Positions 8,301-15,544 of a stretch of DNA of 32,000 bases are shown here, piece after piece. The number at the start of each line of letters is the position of its first letter. Position 1 is the stretch's first letter. The stretch comes from Psychrobacter sp. HD31. Its GTDB lineage: Bacteria; Pseudomonadota; Gammaproteobacteria; Pseudomonadales; Moraxellaceae. The notes under the pieces are model-generated. The model was not told the DNA's origin. It saw only the letters and a program-made list of their open reading frames with translations, and searched no databases. The translations under genes and the position numbers were made by a program. Location: positions 600,001 through 632,000 of the forward strand of contig NZ_CP142525.1 in assembly GCF_051097895.1 (NCBI RefSeq), read 5' to 3'.

Positions 8301-9032
8301 AAGCTGCTGCATTTCTTGCTGGGTTTTTAAATATTGCTGTTCGGAGTACTCTCGTGGGCGATTTGGGTCGGCAAGTACATAAGAGTTGGTAATACACACA
8401 CGAGCTTCATGCGCTTCAAAATCTTCTTGCTCTAAAAAGCGGACATCATTATGCGCAATAATAGGCAAATTATGTTTTGCAGCAGCATGAATACTCGCTT
8501 TTATAAAGTTGTCTTCACCTTGTCTTTGGGTGCGTTTAATTGCAAAATACAGCCTGTCATCAAAACATGTTTTCCACTCGTTTATCAACTCATCAGCACG
8601 CTCTGGAGCAGAGCCAATTAACACGTTCCCAATGTGACTGTGCTCGGTAAGCAAGGCAATAACACCTGCCGATAAATCAAAAACTTGTTCTCGTTTAACC
8701 AGTGGTACGCCATGTTCTAAGCCTTCGGTATAACCAAGCGAAACCAATCGGGTAATATTTTGATAGCCCTCATTGTTCATCGCCAACAAGGTGATGCGAG
8801 AATGACCTTCGGCATTTTGATCATCAATACGTACCTCAGTACCAATAATAGGTTTAATGCCAGCGCCTAAGCAACTACGATAAAATTTAACGGTAGCAAA
8901 TAAGTTAGATAAGTCGGTTAAAGCAAGCGCTTTTTGTCCATCCTCTGATGCCTTTTTGACCAAACTTTTAATACGTACAATCGAGTCAGAGATTGAAAAT
9001 TCGCTATGAATGCCTAGGTGTACAAATGCCAT
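5370..9032 (-). CDS. dnaE: DNA polymerase III alpha subunit
   Basis: 1220-aa ORF. It has an N-terminal PHP domain ([26 protein letters not shown]), polymerase core motifs ([62 protein letters not shown]) and an OB-fold C-terminus. Confidence 0.97.
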   Translation of the reverse strand: [1220 protein letters not shown]

Positions 9033-9095
9033 AAAAATGCTGTATGTTTAAGTGATTAGTAGCAACTGCCACATTGCTAAGGATTTAAAAAATAA

Positions 9096-9171
9096 TGGCA
9101 TGCCTACAGGGACTCGAACCCCGATCGATCGCTTAGGAGGCGACTGCTCTATCCTGTTGAGCTATAGGCAC
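9096..9171 (-). tRNA. tRNA-Arg (anticodon CCT)
   Basis: The reverse complement is GTGCCTATAGCTCAACAGGATAGAGCAGTCGCCTCCTAAGCGATCGATCGGGGTTCGAGTCCCTGTAGGCATGCCA. It folds by hand into a 76-nt cloverleaf. The acceptor stem is 7 bp with a G1-U72 wobble and the D stem is GCTC/GAGC. The anticodon stem is GTCGC/GCGAT with loop CTCCTAA, giving anticodon CCT. The T arm is CGGGG-TTCGAGT-CCCTG, and CCA is encoded. Confidence 0.9.
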
Positions 9172-9314
9172 TAATAAAGGTAATAGTTTAGCTTAAAAGG
9201 TACAAAATAGGCAGTATTTTTTATTTATTTAGGCGTATTAAAAGCGGTTAAAACAAGCCTAAACTTATAATCAAAGGCTTTTAATTACTGTTAAATCAAC
9301 CATTAAACCAAAAT

Positions 9315-9345
9315 AAAAAAGGCTTGCTTTATTTTAAAACAAGCC
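9315..9345 (-). terminator. Rho-independent terminator downstream of the PutA-CTD gene
   Basis: On the minus strand the sequence reads ggcttg-ttttaaaataaag-caagcc followed by tttttt (stem at + coordinates 9321-9326 and 9340-9345, A-run 9315-9320). It lies 26 nt past the stop at 9371. Confidence 0.6.
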
Positions 9346-9370
9346 CATTAAAATATGTGATTTAATAAAT

Positions 9371-10069
9371 TTAGCCAGCACCCAACTCAAGCAAGCTGGC
9401 ATTGCCGCCAATGGCGGTGGTGTTTATTGTACGCACACGCTCACTGCAAAATCTGTGCAAATAATCTGGGCTAAAGATTTCGCTTAACTCATCTTGATCT
9501 GTGATGGCGATTACCTGAGTCAACATGGCATCTGTTTGGCTTAGTTTTGCCGCTAAAGCATGTGTTTCTTCCACGGTGCCAACAATCCCAACTTGTGCAA
9601 GCCTTGGGTCATTAAACATGTCATCAAATGACTGTGGCTCACTGGCACCTTCTAAATTAAACACCGCATCATCAATACCCACATTAGCCATGATTGTTTT
9701 TACTTCAAAAGCAAAAGCTTCTTGACTGGGTGCATTTAAATGAGTTTGGTTGCCTGTTAATAGCGATGCCACAACTTGCGCCGCAACTGGCAGTTTTTTT
9801 GCCTCTTTAGTCGCTAATATAACGGTTTTTCCTCGTGCTTGGTTATATAACTCATTAGACTCGCCTGTTGCACCGGTTAGCATAGCAGAGTCGTCAATAT
9901 GCTGAGCTTGCGCCAAAATATGAGTTAAAACTTTGTCAGTTTTATCACCTTCGCCAATTAAATCAGCAAGGCTGGCAACTGTGTTATTTAATAAGTCGGC
10001 ACGTTGCACCGCTGTCATTAGTCGCCAGGCTTCTGCTTTTTTACTTTGATAGGGAGTTTGGGTTGTCAT
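9371..10069 (-). CDS. Stand-alone PutA C-terminal domain (ALDH-superfamily-fold CTD of long PutAs)
   Basis: 232-aa ORF with its own ATG and AAGGA 9 nt upstream. An in-frame TAA lies two codons before the ATG. The sequence MLTGATGESNELY..KTVILA...RTINTTAIGGNASLLELG parallels the E. coli PutA C-terminus (LPGPTGERNTW..RVLCIA...SVNTAAAGGNASLMTIG). Confidence 0.8.
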   Translation of the reverse strand: MTTQTPYQSKKAEAWRLMTAVQRADLLNNTVASLADLIGEGDKTDKVLTHILAQAQHIDDSAMLTGATGESNELYNQARGKTVILATKEAKKLPVAAQVVASLLTGNQTHLNAPSQEAFAFEVKTIMANVGIDDAVFNLEGASEPQSFDDMFNDPRLAQVGIVGTVEETHALAAKLSQTDAMLTQVIAITDQDELSEIFSPDYLHRFCSERVRTINTTAIGGNASLLELGAG

Positions 10070-10116
10070 TATTTAATCCTTATAACTTTATTCGATATCA
10101 TCGATATTAATCGTGT

Positions 10117-13100
10117 TTATACTTGTACCCATTTGGTCAACCTTGCTAAATACTTAGGTCCACCAGCTTTAGGACCCGTACCAGATAAGCCGTTACCACC
10201 AAAAGGCTGTACATTAACAACTGCGCCAATTTGGTTACGGTTTACATAGGTATTACCCACAATGGCACGACGCTCAATATGCTCGCTAACACTTTCAATA
10301 CGGCTATGTATGCCTAAAGTAAGACCATAACCCGTTGCGTTAATTTGATCGATTAAGTTGTCTAAGTCGGCATCTTTTTTAGCTTTGTAGCGTAAAACAT
10401 GCAAGATAGGACCAAAATGTTCTCCGCCAATCACTTTAATATTGTCAACTTCTATTAGCGTTGGTGGTACAAAGGTTGAAGCATCCGTCATACCTTCAAC
10501 AATTGGTGTTTGATAAATTACCTTGGCATCTTCTGCTTGCTGCATTGCATCAATATGGTTTAATAAACCTTTTTGCGCTTCAGTGTCAATAACAGGACCC
10601 ACATCCGTTTTCACTAAAGTCGGGTTACCAACACTAAGTTCTGCCATATGTCCTTTAATAAGCTCAATCACGTTATCAGCAATGTCATCTTGTACACACA
10701 AAATGCGACAAGCAGAACAACGTTGACCAGCCGAGCCAAATGCCCCCATTACCGCATCAATAGCGATTTGCTCTGGTAGGGCAGTAGAGTCAACAATCAT
10801 GGCGTTTTGACCGCCTGTTTCGGCAACTAAAATTGGTAAAGCATCCGATGCATTGATATCACTAGCAATCTCGGTGCTAAATAATGACTGATTGATAAGC
10901 TGAGCCGTACCAGTTGAGCCAGTAAAGATAACGCCACTAATGCCTTGTGCCTTGGTTAAGGCACTACCCACATCACCTGCACCGATGACAAACTGTAACG
11001 CTTCATGTGGGATACCTGCTTGATACATTAACTTAATAGCATAATAAGCAACTAAGCTGGTTTGTTCGGCAGGTTTTGCAACCACGGTGTTTCCTGTTGC
11101 CAAAGATGCCACAATCTGCCCCGTATAAATCGCTAACGGGAAGTTCCATGGACTAATACAAACCATAGTGCCACGTGCCTTGCGTTTTTGAGTAACCTGA
11201 TTACCAGCAAGATTGGTGTAGCTATTTATATCTGCATCAAGTCGCTGTGCTTCATCGGCATAAAAGCGGCAAAAATCAACTGCTTCACGTACTTCATCAA
11301 TACAATCTTGCATGGTTTTACCGGCTTCACGCTGCAATATGGCAACAAGTTCGGCATAGTTTTCTTCATATAAATCAGCAATATTACGTAGCATCTGAGC
11401 ACGCTCGTTTGCCGATACCGCTTGCCATCTTGCTTGATTTTCTATGGCTGCTGTTACTGCTTTTTGGGCAATATTGGCATCAGCAGTGTGACATATACCA
11501 ACCGTTTGATTATGGCTATATGGCGAGTTGATTTGTTGTGATTTTAGGGTTTCTACATCTGTACCATTAATCACACTAAAGGCTTGCCACTGAGTATCTT
11601 GATATTGTGCAATGGCTTGATTAAATGGTGTCCACTCTGATTCGATATAAATATTGACCCCATAACTGGCTTTTCGGTTACCGTAAATTTCAAGCGGTAA
11701 TGGGATACGCATATTACGTAAGTTGTCATGTGCGGTTAGCTTGTCATAAGGATGTACGGTTAATTTTTCAATTGGATAAGATTTATCAAGCAATTGATGT
11801 ACAAAAGAGCTGTTAGCCCCGTTTTCTAGCAAACGGCGCACAAGGTAGGGGAGCAGGTCTTTATGCGCACCCACTGGTGCATAAATCCTAACCGGTATGT
11901 TATAGGCTTGTAAAATATGATCGTATAACGCATCTCCCATGCCATGCAAGCGTTGGAACTCAAAGTTCTTGTGCTGACTCATGGTCATAATGCAAGATAG
12001 GGTATGCGCATTGTGCGTTGCAAACTGTGGCCAAATCAACCCTTGTAAATGCTCTGATAACAAAAAGCGCGCACACGCTAAATAAGCCGTATCGGTACCT
12101 TCTTTGCGTGTCCAAACAGGGTAGCCAGACAAGCCTTTTTGTTGCGCAAGTTTAATTTCGCTGTCCCAATAGGCACCTTTTACCAAACGCAAAGGAATGA
12201 CATCACCCACTTCTTTAGAAAGGCTAGCAAGCCAAGCTAATACGGCAATACAGCGTTTTGAATAGGCTTGCACAACAATACCCAAGCCACCCCAGCCTAG
12301 GGTAATTTCGTCACGGTATAGCTTTTCAAAAAGCTTTAAAGAAATCTCAAGGCGGTCAGCTTCTTCGGCATCAATGCTTAAGTCAACATCTACGGCTCTG
12401 GCTTCTTTAATCAATTTTAGTACAGTGGCTGTCAGCTCACTCAGTACACGTTCATCATTGGTGGCTTCATAACGAGGGTGCAATGCCGATAGCTTAATAG
12501 ATACCGATGGTTTTGGCATCCCTTGTTTCACTTTAACGTCTGCAACCGCTTTAATTGCTTCTAAATAATCATCAAAGTATTTGTCCGCATCTGTTTGGGT
12601 TAGTGCGGCTTCTCCAAGCATATCAAATGAGTAGGTATAGCCTTTTTCACGATAAGGCTTGCTGTTTGTATTTGCTTTTTGAATCGTTTCTCCCAATACA
12701 AACTGATGACCCATAATCTTCATTGCTTTTTGCATGGCAGAGCGAATAACAGGTTCACCCATTTTTTTAGTCATACGATCTAAAAAGCCTGCTGCGGTTG
12801 TACCTCTATCGATACTAACCACTTTGCCTGTCATCATTAGTCCCCAAGTAGAGGCGTTGACAATAAATCCGTTGTCACTGCCTAAATGGGCTTTCCAGTC
12901 AGCAACACTCATTTTATCGGCAATTAGGGCGTCGGCTGTACGGTTATCCGGCACACGGATTAATGCCTCGGCAAGGCTCATTAGCAAAATACCTTCTTGT
13001 GTATCAAGACTGTATTCAAGTAATAGGGAATCTACCATTTTAACGGCATCACCATGGTTACGGACATGCTCAACTAGTTTATAGGTTTGTTCACTAATAC

Positions 13101-13311
13101 CTGTCTTTTCATCTTCACTTGGTTTAGCAAGTGGTAACAGTGTTTGCATAAAAGCATTTTCATCAACACTGTAAAGCGGGGATATATTGTTAAACAATGC
13201 TTTACTGCCCTGATTTAAATAGTCTGGCTTTAGCACATCTTGCGGGCTAAATAGGATTTTCTCAGGTGCTGTAAATTGCTCAAAAGGGGTGGTTGTTTTT
13301 ATTAGGCTCAT
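10117..13311 (-). CDS. putA: Bifunctional proline dehydrogenase / L-glutamate-gamma-semialdehyde (P5C) dehydrogenase PutA, lacking both the RHH DNA-binding domain and the CTD
   Basis: The track ORF (10117-13353) starts at a TTG. An ATG at 13309-13311 (MSLIKTT...) has GGAG 9 nt upstream and is the more likely start, giving 1064 aa. The PRODH barrel region and ALDH motifs are present (ISPWNFPLAI, VAETGGQNAMIVD, GSAGQRCSA, FGGNGLSGTGPKAGGPKYL). The protein ends 12 residues after the GGPKYL motif. Confidence 0.93.
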   Translation of the reverse strand: MSLIKTTTPFEQFTAPEKILFSPQDVLKPDYLNQGSKALFNNISPLYSVDENAFMQTLLPLAKPSEDEKTGISEQTYKLVEHVRNHGDAVKMVDSLLLEYSLDTQEGILLMSLAEALIRVPDNRTADALIADKMSVADWKAHLGSDNGFIVNASTWGLMMTGKVVSIDRGTTAAGFLDRMTKKMGEPVIRSAMQKAMKIMGHQFVLGETIQKANTNSKPYREKGYTYSFDMLGEAALTQTDADKYFDDYLEAIKAVADVKVKQGMPKPSVSIKLSALHPRYEATNDERVLSELTATVLKLIKEARAVDVDLSIDAEEADRLEISLKLFEKLYRDEITLGWGGLGIVVQAYSKRCIAVLAWLASLSKEVGDVIPLRLVKGAYWDSEIKLAQQKGLSGYPVWTRKEGTDTAYLACARFLLSEHLQGLIWPQFATHNAHTLSCIMTMSQHKNFEFQRLHGMGDALYDHILQAYNIPVRIYAPVGAHKDLLPYLVRRLLENGANSSFVHQLLDKSYPIEKLTVHPYDKLTAHDNLRNMRIPLPLEIYGNRKASYGVNIYIESEWTPFNQAIAQYQDTQWQAFSVINGTDVETLKSQQINSPYSHNQTVGICHTADANIAQKAVTAAIENQARWQAVSANERAQMLRNIADLYEENYAELVAILQREAGKTMQDCIDEVREAVDFCRFYADEAQRLDADINSYTNLAGNQVTQKRKARGTMVCISPWNFPLAIYTGQIVASLATGNTVVAKPAEQTSLVAYYAIKLMYQAGIPHEALQFVIGAGDVGSALTKAQGISGVIFTGSTGTAQLINQSLFSTEIASDINASDALPILVAETGGQNAMIVDSTALPEQIAIDAVMGAFGSAGQRCSACRILCVQDDIADNVIELIKGHMAELSVGNPTLVKTDVGPVIDTEAQKGLLNHIDAMQQAEDAKVIYQTPIVEGMTDASTFVPPTLIEVDNIKVIGGEHFGPILHVLRYKAKKDADLDNLIDQINATGYGLTLGIHSRIESVSEHIERRAIVGNTYVNRNQIGAVVNVQPFGGNGLSGTGPKAGGPKYLARLTKWVQV

Positions 13312-13560
13312 TAAAGTGCTCCAGTTTACGATTAAGGATAAAAAATTAATCAATAAAAAGAGCTTTGATATTTATTTAAAGTGATTTGTGGTGGCTAGAA
13401 CTTTTGCGTCATTAATTATTAATTAGTGATTGACTAAACTAAATTGTATGCAAAAACACGAAAATACCTAACACGACAGACTTGTATCACGGTAAATGTT
13501 AATAATTTAGTAACAAACAAAACACACTAAATTTAACATACCAAAAAAATAACAAAACTC

Positions 13561-13670
13561 TGAGGTGCATAATGCCTTCTTCTGTTTGGTGGGTTTGCTT
13601 GTGAGTTGAAACCGCGACCAAACGAAATACCTCTACGGCGTTGCTTGAGGTGATGCACAGGTGCAATAAT
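13561..13670 (+). other. GC-rich structured island with an SD-preceded 10-codon mini-ORF in the putA-putP divergent intergenic region (candidate leader or sRNA)
   Basis: GAGGTG (13562-13567) is followed after 4 nt by ATG 13572, encoding MPSSVWWVCL with stop at 13602-13604. A compound hairpin pairs gtttggt (13584-13590) with accaaac (13617-13623) and ggttt (13592-13596) with aaacc (13609-13613). A second tgaggtg motif occurs at 13646-13652. The surrounding 480-bp spacer is very AT-rich. Confidence 0.3.
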
Positions 13671-13834
13671 TTTAACACTGATTTTGTTTTCAGTTCAATA
13701 AAATATTTTAATACTTCTGATAATTTTGTTACAATCGCCGCGCATTTTATTATGTACGCTTATAATTTTGTTAAATTTTACTTTATTTTGTTTTATTAAA
13801 TTCAATAAAGTAAACCTAAAAAAGAGGAAAAATT

Positions 13835-15340
13835 ATGCAAGGAGTCGTTAGTACAGGGGTTTATGTTTCACTAGCAGGTTATTTTATTTTAATGATTGCT
13901 ATTGGCTTATACGCCTACTCAAAACAAAAAAATGATTCTGAAGGCTATATGCTGGGTGGTCGACAACTTAGCCCTTCAGTTACGGCATTGTCAGCCGGTG
14001 CTTCAGACATGTCTGGCTGGTTGCTTATGGGACTACCAGGCTATATGTATGCTTCTGGTATCGTTAGTTTTTGGATATGTTTTGGTTTAACCTTAGGTGC
14101 TTTAGCAAACTATTTAATAGTTGCTCCTCGCTTACGTGTTTATACCGAAGTTGCTGATAACTCAATTACGTTGCCAGATTATTTTGCAAACCGATTTCAG
14201 GATAACTCTCACCTGTTAAGAGTGATTTCAGCCATTGTGGTTATCATATTCTTTACGGTTTATACAGCAGCCAGTTTAACTGCTGGTGGTAAATTATTTC
14301 AAAGCTCACTTAATTTATCGTATGATCTAGGCTTATGGGTTACCGCTGGTATTGTAGTTTTATATACCTTAATTGGTGGATTTTTAGCCGTATCTATGAC
14401 TGACTTTGTGCAAGGTTGTATCATGTTTATTGCCTTACTCATTGTGCCAATCGTTGCTTTTACCGATGTTGGCAGCATAAGCGAAGGCGTTAATATTGCA
14501 CGCAACTTGAACCCTGATTTACTAAATATTACCAATGGCGTAACCGTAATGGGCATTATCTCATTAATGGCTTGGGGTCTTGGTTATTTTGGTCAGCCAC
14601 ACATCATTGTACGTTTTATGGCAATCCGCTCGGTAAAAGATGTACCAACAGCACGCAATATTGGTATGGGCTGGATGATTTTAAGCTTGGTTGGTGCGAT
14701 GGCAACAGGGTTTGCAGGTATTGCTTATATCCAAAAGCATCCTGAAGTATCACTAAACGATCCAGAAACTATCTTTTTGGTATTTTCACAAATTTTATTC
14801 CACCCATTAATTGCAGGCTTTTTGTTAGCCGCAATTTTAGCCGCTATTATGAGTACAATTTCATCACAGCTTTTAGTGGTATCTAGCTCATTGACTCGTG
14901 ATATCTATAAGCTGTTTTTAAATAAAGAAGCTTCAGAAGGGCAACAAGTATTAATTGGTCGAATCTCTGTGGTTGCCGTTGCCGTATTAGCAATTTTTAT
15001 GGCATCTAATCCAGACAGCTCAGTGCTTAAACTGGTATCAAATGCTTGGGCAGGCTTAGGTGCTTCTTTTGGACCGCTTGTAATCATGAGCCTAATTTGG
15101 AAGCGCATGAACCGTAACGGTGCCTTAGCTGGCATGATTGTGGGTGCATTAACCGTTATTGTTTGGGTTTATGGCGGTATTGAAATTAACGGACAAGCCG
15201 CTGGTGACTTTATGTACGCCATTGTACCCGCCTTTGTTTTAAGTTTAATTTCTATTATTGTTGTTAGCTTAGCAACCAATGAACCAAGTAGTAAAATTAA
15301 ACAACAATTTGCTGCAATGCAAAAAGGTTTAAAAGGCTAG
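13835..15340 (+). CDS. putP: Sodium/proline symporter (SSS family)
   Basis: 501-aa polytopic membrane ORF with SD AGAGGA upstream. It has SSS/PutP-like motifs (GGRQLSPSVTALSAGASDMSGWLLMGLPG, GYFGQPHIIVRFMAIRS) and is divergent from putA, as in enterics. Confidence 0.92.
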   Translation: MQGVVSTGVYVSLAGYFILMIAIGLYAYSKQKNDSEGYMLGGRQLSPSVTALSAGASDMSGWLLMGLPGYMYASGIVSFWICFGLTLGALANYLIVAPRLRVYTEVADNSITLPDYFANRFQDNSHLLRVISAIVVIIFFTVYTAASLTAGGKLFQSSLNLSYDLGLWVTAGIVVLYTLIGGFLAVSMTDFVQGCIMFIALLIVPIVAFTDVGSISEGVNIARNLNPDLLNITNGVTVMGIISLMAWGLGYFGQPHIIVRFMAIRSVKDVPTARNIGMGWMILSLVGAMATGFAGIAYIQKHPEVSLNDPETIFLVFSQILFHPLIAGFLLAAILAAIMSTISSQLLVVSSSLTRDIYKLFLNKEASEGQQVLIGRISVVAVAVLAIFMASNPDSSVLKLVSNAWAGLGASFGPLVIMSLIWKRMNRNGALAGMIVGALTVIVWVYGGIEINGQAAGDFMYAIVPAFVLSLISIIVVSLATNEPSSKIKQQFAAMQKGLKG

Positions 15341-15376
15341 TTAGCACTCATCATATAAACCCTATGTTTTAAATAG

Positions 15377-15403
15377 CGAGGTGTCAAGGCACCTCGTTTT
15401 TTT
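15377..15403 (+). terminator. Rho-independent terminator of putP
   Basis: The stem is cgaggtg (15377-15383) / cacctcg (15390-15396) with loop tcaagg, followed by ttttttt (15397-15403). It lies 37 nt after the putP stop. Confidence 0.85.
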
Positions 15404-15544
15404 ATGTTTTAATTTTAACGTAAGCTAGGCTAAAACCAATGATTGATAGTAAAAGAAGCAATGACACATTAATATTTTTAATGCAAAAAAAGTTAATAAA
15501 TGGCAAACTAAAACCAGCTTAAACAGGTATAAAAAACATTAAAA

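Noticed and set aside
13312-13353. The 14-codon N-terminal extension of PutA (MINFLSLIVNWSTL) given in the ORF track.
   Set aside because: The track start is a TTG with no SD. The ATG at 13309-13311 has GGAG at the correct spacing, so the shorter form is preferred.
13409-13429. The AT-rich imperfect palindrome tcattaatta-t-taattagtga in the putA upstream region as a regulator operator.
   Set aside because: It matches only 8/10 per arm in a stretch that is almost pure A/T. Such palindromes arise readily by chance, and no cognate regulator gene is adjacent.
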